This document shows positions 9,428 through 19,400 of a DNA stretch of 64,000 bases, in pieces. The position numbers and the translations under genes were made by a program. The notes beneath the pieces were generated by a model. It searched no databases. It saw only the letters and a list, made by a program, of their open reading frames with translations, and was not told the DNA's origin. Each line of letters starts with the position of its first letter. The first letter of the stretch is position 1. Origin of the DNA: an uncultured Bdellovibrio sp. (lineage in GTDB: Bacteria; Bdellovibrionota; Bdellovibrionia; Bdellovibrionales; Bdellovibrionaceae); NCBI GenBank assembly GCA_963932905.1, contig CAWVRN010000025.1, positions 1 to 64,000 on the forward strand, given 5' to 3'.

Positions 9428-10054
9428 ATGAAAAGACAAAAGAAAGGTGCTCAGTATCATCACGGCGATTTGGCTGACGCTATATTGACTGTTTCTGAAA
9501 AGTTAATTTCTCAGAAAGGGATTGAAGCTTTTTCGTTGCGAGAAGCGTCCCGTGCTATCGGTGTAGACCCTTCGGCTTTCTATAAGCATTACAAAGACAA
9601 GAGCGAAATTTTGGTGGCCTTGGCACGGATTGGATTTACCCAGCTCTCGGCAATGATGGTCGATGAGTTAAAGAAGAAGCCAAACTTAAAATCTGAAGAG
9701 AAAATTTTGGCGTTGGCAAACGCATACTATAAGTTTGCGTCTGCTAAGAGCGCTCTTTTCGGGGTGATGTTTAAAGGTGTTGGTGTGGATTCTCGCGACA
9801 TATCCCTTGCGGGCCAGTATTCAAACAACGTTGGTCCTTACGATCTGCTTTTGTCGATAGTAAAAGAATGGTCCGCGGAAAGAAAATTGACCGGAGATAT
9901 AAATATTATGGCGATTGAGCTTTGGGCCTCGATTCATGGAATGATAGGCTTAATTTTGGATGGAACTATCCGAAACGATCTTGTGTCGAAAAGTCCCGCT
10001 CTTTTGATTGCAAATATTGTGGGAACGGTTTTGACTGGGCTTGAACAAAAATAA
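9428..10054 (+). CDS. TetR/AcrR-family regulator with WHG-type C-terminal domain
   Basis: YHHGDL..FSLREASRAIGVDPSAFYKHY helix-turn-helix; WASIHG motif. Confidence 0.92.
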   Translation: MKRQKKGAQYHHGDLADAILTVSEKLISQKGIEAFSLREASRAIGVDPSAFYKHYKDKSEILVALARIGFTQLSAMMVDELKKKPNLKSEEKILALANAYYKFASAKSALFGVMFKGVGVDSRDISLAGQYSNNVGPYDLLLSIVKEWSAERKLTGDINIMAIELWASIHGMIGLILDGTIRNDLVSKSPALLIANIVGTVLTGLEQK

Positions 10055-10077
10055 AAAAAGCCGGTTCGTCACCGGCC
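10053..10077. terminator. Terminator between convergent genes
   Basis: A-run then gccggt-tcgtc-accggc; the U-tract is on the minus strand. Confidence 0.65.
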
Positions 10078-10132
10078 TTCATGTAATTTAAATTTATCAA
10101 CGAAACTGAATCCGAACTGTCTAAAGAGAAAT

Positions 10133-10870
10133 CTAAAAATTCAATCCAATAATCAATAGCAGATCCATCAAATCCCCATTGATTTTATTTTCCAGCAATT
10201 CATTCGTGCTTCCGTTGTACAAGAAATCTTTGTTTTCATCCGCGAAATTGATGTAGTGGTAAGTCGCTTGAAAGCCAAGAAAGGCTTTACGACGCATCAG
10301 CGGAATTTCTACGCCCAGGCCTACGTCGGCACCCATTACATTTTCACGCGATGAGGCGCTGCTCAGGTCTGAAATCGTTACGGTTCTATACCACTGCGAG
10401 AAGCCACCTAGAATATAAGGATTGATATCGGCAAGCCCCTTAGTCACGTTTTGGGTGTTCATAAAGTATTTAATGTTGAAATTGATCGACGTGAACGAAA
10501 CGTTACCCGAGTAGTTATTTATGGAATTGCCTGACTGAGTGGCGAATTTCAGTGGGCTGTCGCCCGTCATGATCCCAACGCCCAGAGCCGTTTTTAGATC
10601 AAAGAAATAACTGATCTGAATCCCGAAGTTAGGGCCAGATCCATACGCCTTAGCCATACCTTCTGTAAACTGGCGGGGACCCGTTGCTAAGCCTAAAGTC
10701 AGCAAGCGACCATTGCGGAAGAAATTGACGTCAGCTTCTTCGTCTGAGTCTTGGTCAAACTCAGAGTAATCTGAGAAAGGGTCGAAAGCATCAGATGACT
10801 CCGATTGAGCATAGACACGTCCGGAAACTAAAAATAATAGTAAAAATAAATAGACGAATAGTGATTTCAC
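10133..10870 (-). CDS. Outer-membrane beta-barrel protein with an acidic N-terminus
   Basis: Signal peptide; INPYILGG, GADVGLGVEIP; terminal Phe. Confidence 0.75.
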   Translation of the reverse strand: MKSLFVYLFLLLFLVSGRVYAQSESSDAFDPFSDYSEFDQDSDEEADVNFFRNGRLLTLGLATGPRQFTEGMAKAYGSGPNFGIQISYFFDLKTALGVGIMTGDSPLKFATQSGNSINNYSGNVSFTSINFNIKYFMNTQNVTKGLADINPYILGGFSQWYRTVTISDLSSASSRENVMGADVGLGVEIPLMRRKAFLGFQATYHYINFADENKDFLYNGSTNELLENKINGDLMDLLLIIGLNF

Positions 10871-11090
10871 TCGGCCCCCGTAGCTCTATTATGAACCAGG
10901 GTAGGATGCAAATCAATTCGAATTAATCATACAGCGATGTTGGTGTTTTGTTGTCTCACTTTGAGATTCCGCTGAAGAAATTGTAATCGTTGTCTATCAA
11001 AAAGTTGAACAGCTGACTGAACGTTGTTCGCAAACCTAAATTCTACGGCTAGACTAAGGCATGGCTCCGCCGCGTAACCTTAGTTTAGCA

Positions 11091-11117
11091 TTAAGTTTAA
11101 ATTACATACGCCGACAG
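11091..11117 (+). promoter_or_regulatory. Sigma28 (FliA)-like promoter
   Basis: TTAA-N15-GCCGACAG upstream of ATG 11151. Confidence 0.5.
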
Positions 11118-11150
11118 ACTAAGGGTATAGAAAGATGAGTTGGGGGAAAT

Positions 11151-12875
11151 ATGGTGGCGATTAAGCGATATTTTAGCTTTGTATTTTGCGCATTGTTTTT
11201 ATTTCAGACCTCGGCAATTGCCGGAACTGAAAAAGCGGATAACTTTGATGTATCTGCTTACAAAAACTATAAGTTTTCTGATTTGTTCTTAACAGAAAAT
11301 GAAATCGCTAAGCTGAACGATGACGACCGTACCGTTTATATGATATCGATTATCCAATTGGCGTCTGTGGTTGAAATATCTCAAAATTTTCACGTCGGTC
11401 TTCATGATCGTGATAACGTTTCCAGTGTAGAATCTCAAAATTTTCAAGATGTTGTAAAGCAAACTGAAGGTTTCAAGGTCAACACTCCAGAAAAACTAAA
11501 AGCTTTGTCGAAAATTTTTATTGGCCCCGATGCAAATGCCTTAATTGGGATTGCTGCCCGCTTATTATGGTCGGCTAAGTCGACAGTCAAGTACGTGTGG
11601 TCAGCCGGTAAGCCTGCGGTTCAAAAACTGTCCACTGCTGAATTGTCGTGGTTAGAGAAAAAAGCTGTTACGCGTGCCGCGCAGCTGGAAGTCAACGCCG
11701 TCAAGAAAGGTCGCGCGGCCGTTACGGCCGTTAAAAATTCGAATAAAGAAATTGGAATTCCTCGAAAAGCCATCGATGCTGAAGTGAAGAGAATTAAAAA
11801 TTCTAAGGCACTAGAGGCCGTATCTAACAAGTTAGTTGATGCTGAGAAAAAATATGCGGCTCTGAGTGATGAATTGACAGCGGCAAGAAGCGCCGTGAAA
11901 CCAAGCAAGGCGAAAATTGCGCAACTTGAACGACAAATGAAAGCAATCCAGGTTCAGCAAGCAAAAGACTACGGTAAGTTTAATGCTATGGGCGGCAGCC
12001 GTGTTGAATTAAATAGATTAGCGTCTGCAAAAAATAGGAGCACAGGCCAAAAAGCATTCGCGGTGGCTGGTGCCGGGGTGCTTGGTTATGAGGTCGGTTC
12101 CATAGGAATGGATGTTTACAATTCGACAGGGATGGCGGAAGCATTTCGTGATAAAGTTGAAAAAGTAAAAAGCAACCGCAAGACAAAGCACAAAGCCATA
12201 AACGGCGAGATCGTTGGTGAAGAAGTGACTGATTCTGTAAAGAAAGAAGAAGGTTATGGATGCTTATTTGGTGGTTACCCATCGAAGTTATTAAATTTCA
12301 ACGGTGATATTAGATGTACTGAGCCTAAAGAGCTTTCTTCAACTCCGTCGTGTAATAAACCAGGTAAATTCAAATGTAACAATTACGGTTTAACAGAAGA
12401 TGGAAAAGGCTTAGATGTTGAGCTTTGTATTAATAAAGGCCCCTTGGAATCGTTGACTTTCCGTTGCAGCGTCAAATTGGCTGAAATCCACGAAACTACT
12501 AAGAGTAAGTTAGTTCAAGATTCAGAAGAGTGGATGGCTTACCAAAACAAAGTAAAAGAGATCGTTGTGAAAATGGAAGAATCACCATTTATGCAAGATT
12601 CTGAAGGTCGTGTAAGAACAATTGGAAGTTATTGCCAGACTACGAATGATTTGCAGAAAGTAGAGTGCGAAGCTGTGGGTACATTGTTGAAACAGTTAGG
12701 CGGAAATGGTCATTTCGACGCCAGCCAAGTTCGTGCTGCGGCAGCCGCACAAGCAGAAATCGATGCTCAAGCTGGTCAATCTAATGGAGTTGAGGTTGGC
12801 AGCGGAGTTCCGGTGCAGCCGATGCCGTCACTGACAGAACCTCCAAAAGAAAAGCCAGCTGGCGCTGTCAAATAG
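11151..12875 (+). CDS. Secreted hypothetical protein with a Cys-rich C-terminal domain
   Basis: Signal peptide, Lys/Ala-rich helical middle, CLFGGYPS and further Cys; shares motifs with 56887..59001. Confidence 0.8.
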   Translation: MVAIKRYFSFVFCALFLFQTSAIAGTEKADNFDVSAYKNYKFSDLFLTENEIAKLNDDDRTVYMISIIQLASVVEISQNFHVGLHDRDNVSSVESQNFQDVVKQTEGFKVNTPEKLKALSKIFIGPDANALIGIAARLLWSAKSTVKYVWSAGKPAVQKLSTAELSWLEKKAVTRAAQLEVNAVKKGRAAVTAVKNSNKEIGIPRKAIDAEVKRIKNSKALEAVSNKLVDAEKKYAALSDELTAARSAVKPSKAKIAQLERQMKAIQVQQAKDYGKFNAMGGSRVELNRLASAKNRSTGQKAFAVAGAGVLGYEVGSIGMDVYNSTGMAEAFRDKVEKVKSNRKTKHKAINGEIVGEEVTDSVKKEEGYGCLFGGYPSKLLNFNGDIRCTEPKELSSTPSCNKPGKFKCNNYGLTEDGKGLDVELCINKGPLESLTFRCSVKLAEIHETTKSKLVQDSEEWMAYQNKVKEIVVKMEESPFMQDSEGRVRTIGSYCQTTNDLQKVECEAVGTLLKQLGGNGHFDASQVRAAAAAQAEIDAQAGQSNGVEVGSGVPVQPMPSLTEPPKEKPAGAVK

Positions 12876-12900
12876 ATTTAGGATTTTATCTAAAACCCAA

Positions 12901-12931
12901 AAAAAAGCTTTCTTTAATAGAAAGCTTTTTT
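12901..12931. terminator. Bidirectional intrinsic terminator
   Basis: aaaaaagctttct-ttaat-agaaagctttttt between convergent genes. Confidence 0.85.
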
Positions 12932-12956
12932 ATTTGCACCTTAAGTGAAGAAACCT

Positions 12957-13403
12957 TTAATTGTTCTCGCCAAACGAGAATTCAACAGACTGTCCCGGAG
13001 TTTGATCGGCATTCCGAGCGGGCTGGCCTTCGCGATTGGCGGCGCGCGATTTTTCAATTTCGTTTTGTTTTAAGCAGCTCTCAAAACCTGAATCCGTAGG
13101 TAAATACTGAATACCTGTGGAGGCTCGGCATTTAACAGTCGCTGTAGAGTTTGTCTTAATAGGCTTGTTCACCTCATTGAATGGTTTTAGATCAATTTTA
13201 GTGTAACCCTCTTTAGTTATCACTGTTGTGGCTGCGGGAGACGCCTCACCATCAGCTTCTGTTTCTTCGGGCTTCACTTCAGGGTCAGCCGATTTAGGTA
13301 CGGGTTTACTGATCGTTGTTAAATCTAGTTTTTTATTTTCTGTTTTAGCTAACGCGCAGATAGCTAAGGTAAGCGCAAGACCTATGACTATTAAAAACTT
13401 CAT
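12957..13403 (-). CDS. Secreted hypothetical protein
   Basis: RBS aaggag, signal peptide, one Cys pair in the mature region. Confidence 0.7.
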   Translation of the reverse strand: MKFLIVIGLALTLAICALAKTENKKLDLTTISKPVPKSADPEVKPEETEADGEASPAATTVITKEGYTKIDLKPFNEVNKPIKTNSTATVKCRASTGIQYLPTDSGFESCLKQNEIEKSRAANREGQPARNADQTPGQSVEFSFGENN

Positions 13404-13489
13404 GAAAAACTCCTTCGTGATTCACAAATATAGCTATCATAGATCGCCTATGCTTGTGAATACGACTGAAAATAATATAGACTTGAAAC

Positions 13490-14071
13490 TTACTTTAACG
13501 CCGTCTCAATCTTTTTAATGATGCTTTCCGATGTTGGCGACGTTGTTGATGACCATCGATCGATCACTTTGCCATCTTTTCCCACTAAAAACTTTTCGAA
13601 ATTCCATTTAACGTCGGTAAAAAGCAAACCGGGTTTAGCTTCTGTTAAGAACTTATAGACAGGTTGAATAGCGGCTCCGGAAACAGGGTTTTTATCCATC
13701 AAAGGAAAGGTGATTTGATATTTATCGTGGGCAAATTTTGAAATTTCTTGGTTATTGCCTGTGTCTTGCTTAAAATCGTTTGAAGGGAATGCTAAAACAG
13801 TGAATCCTTTAGGACCGTATTTAGTCTGTAATTCTTGTAGGTCTTTCATTTGCGGAGTGAACCCGCAGGCTGATGCTGTGTTCACGACCAGAGTCACTTT
13901 GCCTTTATATTGAGCTAAGTCGACGTCTTTGCCGTCGATATCTTTAACTTTGAAATCAAATAGAGTTTTTGCTGATGAAGAGGACGAGTTCTGTTTTTCC
14001 TCCGCGCTCCATGCTGCCGTCACGTTTAGCGTGAGAAACAGTGTTGCCATCGTAATTAAAAAACTTTTCAT
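13490..14071 (-). CDS. btuE: Glutathione peroxidase family protein with a signal peptide
   Basis: VVNTASACGFTPQ, LAFPSNDF, WNFEKFLV. Confidence 0.92.
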   Translation of the reverse strand: MKSFLITMATLFLTLNVTAAWSAEEKQNSSSSSAKTLFDFKVKDIDGKDVDLAQYKGKVTLVVNTASACGFTPQMKDLQELQTKYGPKGFTVLAFPSNDFKQDTGNNQEISKFAHDKYQITFPLMDKNPVSGAAIQPVYKFLTEAKPGLLFTDVKWNFEKFLVGKDGKVIDRWSSTTSPTSESIIKKIETALK

Positions 14072-14151
14072 TATTATCCTCCATGTTAGAGATTTAGTTT
14101 TGACAAAAAAATCGAACCCGACTACATATTACATCCATACCAAGGGTGATT

Positions 14152-15309
14152 ATGAACAAATTTCGTGCTAATGCAAACACTAGCGGAACGTTCACTAGCA
14201 CAGACGCTGCTGGCGTCAAAAACCCGAGCCTAAAATCTTCCAAAAAACAGTCAAAACACAAAGATAAAACAAATACAGCATCTCGATCATCGATCACCTA
14301 CAAAAACGCAGGTGTTGATATTGTAAAAGGCGATGAATTTGTGGATTGGATCGGTAAGCGATCTAATAAAAAATCACCACATCGAACGCAAATTGTCGAG
14401 GCTGTGGGCGGCTTTGCCTCTCTATTTAGATTACCAAAAGGTGTTAAAAACCCATGCATCGTTAGCTGTACTGATGGTGTGGGGACGAAAGTTAAACTAT
14501 CGGTTGAACTTAAGCACTATGAAGGTATTGGCCAAGATTTGGTCGCAATGTGCGTAAACGACCTTATGTGCACCGGCGGATCGCCACTTTTCTTTTTGGA
14601 TTATCTAGCGATGGGTAAATTAGATCTGAATCAAGCTAAACAAATTTTAGCGTCGATTAAAAATGCCTGTGATCAAAGTGATCTGGCTTTAATCGGCGGT
14701 GAAACGGCAGAGATGCCCGGCGTGTATGCGGGCAGCGACTATGATTGTGCCGGATTTGCTGTAGGCGTAGTGGACGAGAAAAAACGTTGGGGTGCTCATA
14801 ATGTAAAAGCGGGCGATGTTTTAATTGCACTGCCAAGTTCAGGCTTTCATTCAAACGGATTTTCTTTGGTTAGAAAAATCTTTGCGAACGAATCCTCGAG
14901 CTTCAAGAAAACCCTTCTAACTCCGACATTTTTGTATGTTGAATTCTTAGAAGCTTTGAAAAAGAAAACTAAAATCAAAGCGGCCGCTCACATCACGGGT
15001 AGTGGTATCGAAAATATTCCGCGTGTTATCCCTCAATCTATGTATTGTGAATTAACTAAATGGGAATTCCCTGAGTTGTTCAAAAAAGCTCAAGATAAAG
15101 CCGGCATTGGTCACGATGATATGCTGACGACGTTTAACTGCGGTGTTGGCATGGTGTTGGTGGTTAGTAAAAAAGATAAAGCCAACGTGTTGAAAGCGGC
15201 TCAGGCGTACTTCAATAAAAAGAACGTATTGATGAGTCCGTTTGAACTGGGCTCTGTCAAACGGAAGAAACGTAGCAAAGACAAAGACTTTGTCTTCGCT
15301 AGGACCTAA
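14152..15309 (+). CDS. purM: AIR synthetase
   Basis: YKNAGVDI, TDGVGTK, GQDLVAMCVND, GGETAEMPG, SSGFHSNG, TFNCGVG. Confidence 0.97.
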   Translation: MNKFRANANTSGTFTSTDAAGVKNPSLKSSKKQSKHKDKTNTASRSSITYKNAGVDIVKGDEFVDWIGKRSNKKSPHRTQIVEAVGGFASLFRLPKGVKNPCIVSCTDGVGTKVKLSVELKHYEGIGQDLVAMCVNDLMCTGGSPLFFLDYLAMGKLDLNQAKQILASIKNACDQSDLALIGGETAEMPGVYAGSDYDCAGFAVGVVDEKKRWGAHNVKAGDVLIALPSSGFHSNGFSLVRKIFANESSSFKKTLLTPTFLYVEFLEALKKKTKIKAAAHITGSGIENIPRVIPQSMYCELTKWEFPELFKKAQDKAGIGHDDMLTTFNCGVGMVLVVSKKDKANVLKAAQAYFNKKNVLMSPFELGSVKRKKRSKDKDFVFART

Positions 15310-15321
15310 AGGAGTCTATAG

Positions 15322-15849
15322 GTGAGGAAGATGGCCGTTTTGGTATCGGGTAGAGGAAGTAATATGCACGCTCTGCTAGACCAAGAAGGTTGTAACATAA
15401 GGCTTGTTTGTTCTCATCGATCTCAGGCTGCGGCAAACTTCAAAGCACGGCGAAATTTTATTCCCGTTTTTAAGACAAAAAAAATCGATTTTTCTGAATG
15501 GAAACAGTTTCTAAAGTCGCGACAAATCAGTAGACTGTTTTTGCTGGGATTTATGCGGATTGTGCCTGCGGAATTTATTAACTCGTTCCGAGGTCAGATA
15601 TTAAACTTACATCCTAGTCTATTGCCGCTGTATCCGGGGCTTGAAGCGATTGAAAAGTCCTTTCAAGATAGAGCGCCCATGGGAATCACGGTTCATCATG
15701 TTATTCCAGAAATGGATGCCGGTGAGTCGATAGTAAAGTCTTTGGTTTTCAGACCAAATGAAAGAATTGAAAATATAGAGAAGGCATCATTGATGATGAC
15801 CTTTCGCGAACATTATTTAGTTCGTCGAGTGGGAGAAAAATGGAATTGA
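15322..15849 (+). CDS. purN: Phosphoribosylglycinamide formyltransferase
   Basis: SGRGSN, ILNLHPSLLP, GITVH..MDAG. Confidence 0.9.
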   Translation: MRKMAVLVSGRGSNMHALLDQEGCNIRLVCSHRSQAAANFKARRNFIPVFKTKKIDFSEWKQFLKSRQISRLFLLGFMRIVPAEFINSFRGQILNLHPSLLPLYPGLEAIEKSFQDRAPMGITVHHVIPEMDAGESIVKSLVFRPNERIENIEKASLMMTFREHYLVRRVGEKWN

Positions 15850-17123
15850 AAAAATACGACGTCGCCGTCGTTGGGTCCTTTTACAATGTTGGTTGGGTGG
15901 CGAGCGAACTCTCTCGGCAAGGCTGGAGCGTTTTATATATTGATTTACATTCGGGGTTAGGTCGTTGGCCCATGGAAGACATCGAAGGTCCATTTGGATT
16001 TTTCTCTTCGGAAACGATGAACCCATTTTTCGTAGAAAAGCTAAACAATGAAGAAGCCATGGTGTCGCAAGATTCTGGTTTTACGGTGTGCTTGGGTTCG
16101 GGGCCATTAGAATTTAAATCTAGCTTTATTCAGTATCAATTGAAAGAATTGGGTGTGTCGCCCGAATTTATCACCCGTTTAGAATCCTCGACAGAAAATT
16201 TCTATACGACAGGGCAGCGTTCATTAGGTCTTGATTCTCAATTTAAAAAATCATGGCTAGAATTTCTAAGCCGATCTTTAAGCAGTCACAAAGATGTCAC
16301 CTTTGGTGACCCTGTGGATTCGGAATTTCCTTTGCCTTTAATGAATCCATTTTTCACTCGTTTCTTGAGTCGTCGATCGTTAGAACGAAACCACCAGTGG
16401 TTGCAACGACAGAATATCGATGCCTTTGAGCAAACTCAAATTTTAGACTTTGCTTTGAATTCAAATAAAGAAGTCACCGGATTTGAAGCTAAAGGGGAAT
16501 TAAATGGGATCACGCATTTTAAGACATTAGTGTGGGGTCTTTCGTCGGAGGAAACGTATTACTATAAACCTCAGTTAGGAAAAATTTTATTTCCTAAAGG
16601 TGTTGTTGAACCTGTGTGGACTTGGGCTCGGTACTCCATCGAAGTTTTGGTGGACAGAGAAGCTCAGCAGTTGCCACTGCATTCCGTATGGATTGAAGAC
16701 CTGTATGGACCATGGACTCATGAAAACATGTTGATTTGGCAGCGTACGACTTATGAGAATCGTTTTGACGTGTGGATATTGATTCCAAATAATCAGCGAT
16801 TCAACAAAGACTATATTAAATACTACGGCGAGAAAATCACTCAAAAGTGGGAGGCTCGTTTTACAACTTCGTCTGCGAAAATTCAAAATTATCCGCAAGA
16901 GTATGTTTATACCTATCAAGACTTGGGACCTAGTCGCTGGGTTCGTTATCCAAAAAAACATCAGCGTGCTGTTGAATCTAAGGAATTCACAAATACATTT
17001 TTCAACAGTTATGAAGTGTGGGATCAATTAAATCGCGAAACGCAGTTTCAATCACAAAAGAAAATGATTAGCAAAGTGACAGATAAACTTAAAAAAGAAA
17101 CGACGAAGGAATTAGCAAGATGA
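15840..17123 (+). CDS. Hypothetical protein with a degenerate FAD/NAD Rossmann-like N-terminus
   Basis: YDVAVVGS..ELSRQGWSVLYID; overlaps both purN and purB. Confidence 0.7.
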   Translation: MELKKYDVAVVGSFYNVGWVASELSRQGWSVLYIDLHSGLGRWPMEDIEGPFGFFSSETMNPFFVEKLNNEEAMVSQDSGFTVCLGSGPLEFKSSFIQYQLKELGVSPEFITRLESSTENFYTTGQRSLGLDSQFKKSWLEFLSRSLSSHKDVTFGDPVDSEFPLPLMNPFFTRFLSRRSLERNHQWLQRQNIDAFEQTQILDFALNSNKEVTGFEAKGELNGITHFKTLVWGLSSEETYYYKPQLGKILFPKGVVEPVWTWARYSIEVLVDREAQQLPLHSVWIEDLYGPWTHENMLIWQRTTYENRFDVWILIPNNQRFNKDYIKYYGEKITQKWEARFTTSSAKIQNYPQEYVYTYQDLGPSRWVRYPKKHQRAVESKEFTNTFFNSYEVWDQLNRETQFQSQKKMISKVTDKLKKETTKELAR

Positions 17124-18436
17124 TAGATCGTTATTCACGACCAGAGATGTCTGTGTTGTGGTCAGTAGAAAATAGATTCAGTAAAATGTTGCAAGTGGAA
17201 ATCGCAGTCGCTAAAGCCCAAAGCGAATTAGGTATTATCCCGCGCAAAGCCTATAAAGCTATCGCACGTAAATCAAAATTCAGTGTTAAGCGCATTTTAG
17301 AAATCGAAAGTGTAACTAAGCATGACGTGATTGCCTTTGTTAGTAACGTCGCGGAAAACGTTGGTAAAGATGGAAAATATATCCATTACGGAATGACCAG
17401 TAGTGATGTTTTGGATACGGCGTTTAGTTTGCAAATTCAAGAAGCCGGTGCTGTTTTATTAGCGTCTATCGATCGTTTGAAAAAATCATTGCAGAATAAG
17501 ATCGCAAAAAACGAGGAAACTCTATGTGCGGGTCGCACCCACGGTATGTTTGCAGAGCCGACCTCATTCGGAATGAAATTGATGGGTTTTTTGGCCGAAA
17601 CCATTCGGAATGAAAGACGGGTCGTGGAGGCACTTGAAGAACTTAGAATCTGTAAACTGTCGGGAGCGGTAGGAACGTATTCCAGTCAAGAGCCAATCGT
17701 GGAAAAGAAAGTCAGTGAATATTTAAATTTAAAACCAGAATGGGTAGCGACTCAAGTAGTTCCTCGTGATCGTCACGCAAATTTACTCAATCAAATTTCA
17801 TTGCTAGGGGCAGGACTTGAGCGCTTAGCTATTGAATTCAGGCACTTGCAGCGCAGTGAAGTAGCCGAAGTAACGGAAGGGTTTTCAAAAGGGCAGAAAG
17901 GGTCATCGGCGATGCCACATAAAAAGAATCCAATCAGTGCCGAGAACATTTCAGGCTTGTCACGCTTGCTTCGCTCCTACGCATTATCTGGCATGGAAAA
18001 TATTCCGCTATGGCACGAACGCGATATTTCGCATTCGTCGGTTGAACGTGTTGTGTTCCCCGATAGTTTTATCGTTGCCGATTACGCGTTGAACCGCATG
18101 GCTGTGTTAGTTGACGGCTTAGAGGTAAATGCAAAACGCATGTTAGATAATATCGAGCAAGCGCAGGGTCAGTTGTACAGTTCTCATGTGTTACTTCATT
18201 TAGTAAAGAAAGGCCTTTCTCGTGAGGTAGCATATGCTCATGTTCAACGTTTATGTCATTCTTTAGGTTTTGGCGAACACTTGAAATACAAAATCAATGA
18301 AGATGAAGTTATTTCGCCTTATTTCACGAAGAAAGATCTAGAAGATATTTTCAGTGGAAAAAAGCATCGCGATACTATTTTAAAGGTAATAAAAAAACAA
18401 AAGAAAGTTCTTCAATACGAGGATAATAAAAAATGA
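17120..18436 (+). CDS. purB: Adenylosuccinate lyase
   Basis: MIDRYSRPEM, TKHDVIAF, GSSAMPHKKNP, ERDISHSSVER. Confidence 0.98.
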   Translation: MIDRYSRPEMSVLWSVENRFSKMLQVEIAVAKAQSELGIIPRKAYKAIARKSKFSVKRILEIESVTKHDVIAFVSNVAENVGKDGKYIHYGMTSSDVLDTAFSLQIQEAGAVLLASIDRLKKSLQNKIAKNEETLCAGRTHGMFAEPTSFGMKLMGFLAETIRNERRVVEALEELRICKLSGAVGTYSSQEPIVEKKVSEYLNLKPEWVATQVVPRDRHANLLNQISLLGAGLERLAIEFRHLQRSEVAEVTEGFSKGQKGSSAMPHKKNPISAENISGLSRLLRSYALSGMENIPLWHERDISHSSVERVVFPDSFIVADYALNRMAVLVDGLEVNAKRMLDNIEQAQGQLYSSHVLLHLVKKGLSREVAYAHVQRLCHSLGFGEHLKYKINEDEVISPYFTKKDLEDIFSGKKHRDTILKVIKKQKKVLQYEDNKK

Positions 18437-19152
18437 GTTTACATCAAGAGTTGTTATATGAAGGCAAAGCAAAAAAAGTATTTAAAACGTCAATTGCTGA
18501 TCAGTACTATCTAGAATTCAAAGACAGTTTGACCGCGTTCAACGCTTTAAAGAAAGGGACCTTTGAAAACAAGGGGCAAGTCAATCGTGATATCGCGGCT
18601 CGTTTGTTTGAATATCTTAAAGGTCGTGGAATCGCGTCTCACTATGTGAGCTCCGAAGGTACTAATGGAATGGTGGTTAAAAAAGTAGAAATCATTCCTT
18701 TTGAAGTTGTGGTTAGAAATGTTTTGGCTGGCTCTACGGCTAAGAAATTGGGCTTTGAAGAAGGCGTCGCTTTGACGGAACCTTTGGTTGAATTCTACTT
18801 AAAAAATGATGAACTTGCGGATCCTTTTGTTTCGGAGGAGCAAATTAGAATCATCTACAAAATACCAACAGCGCAAATGCAAGAAATTAAAAATTACGCA
18901 CTTAAAATCAACGATCATTTAAAAGAATTATTTGTCGGAATTGGTATTAAGCTGATCGATTTCAAAGTTGAGTTCGGTAAGGACGGACGAAACCAAATTC
19001 TGCTCGCGGACGAGATCACGCCAGACTGTTGTCGTTTATGGGACATTAAAACAAATGAAAAACTAGACAAAGATCGTTTTCGTCGTGATTTAGGTTCTAT
19101 TAAAGAAAGTTACGAAGATGTTAAACAACGCTTAATGCAAGCATTGAAATAG
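18433..19152 (+). CDS. purC: SAICAR synthetase
   Basis: LYEGKAK, IDFKVEFG, LADEITPDCCRLWD, DKDRFRRDLG. Confidence 0.98.
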   Translation: MSLHQELLYEGKAKKVFKTSIADQYYLEFKDSLTAFNALKKGTFENKGQVNRDIAARLFEYLKGRGIASHYVSSEGTNGMVVKKVEIIPFEVVVRNVLAGSTAKKLGFEEGVALTEPLVEFYLKNDELADPFVSEEQIRIIYKIPTAQMQEIKNYALKINDHLKELFVGIGIKLIDFKVEFGKDGRNQILLADEITPDCCRLWDIKTNEKLDKDRFRRDLGSIKESYEDVKQRLMQALK

Positions 19153-19163
19153 GTGAGGCCAAA

Positions 19164-19400
19164 ATGAAATGGGGAATTAAAATATTACCACGCGAAGTTT
19201 TGTTAGATACTCAAGGTCGCGCTGTTCAGGACTATTTGAATCAAAATACTCAAACAGTGAATCAGTGTCGAGTTGGCAAGTATATCGTTTTGGATTTGAA
19301 ACAGACGGATGCGGCTGAATCGAAAAAGAAAGCGATTGAAATCACAGAGCAAACTTTAATAAATCCATTAATCGAAACTTACACCATCGAGTCGTTATGA
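19164..19400 (+). CDS. purS: FGAM synthase subunit PurS
   Basis: LDTQGRAV, RVGKYI, LINPLIETY; located between purC and purQ. Confidence 0.93.
   Translation: MKWGIKILPREVLLDTQGRAVQDYLNQNTQTVNQCRVGKYIVLDLKQTDAAESKKKAIEITEQTLINPLIETYTIESL

Noticed and set aside
11048..11089. Hairpin gctagactaagg/ccttagtttagc as a MITE remnant
   Set aside because: Shares only ctaagg/ccttag with the TIR and lacks GAACTGG; function cannot be supported.
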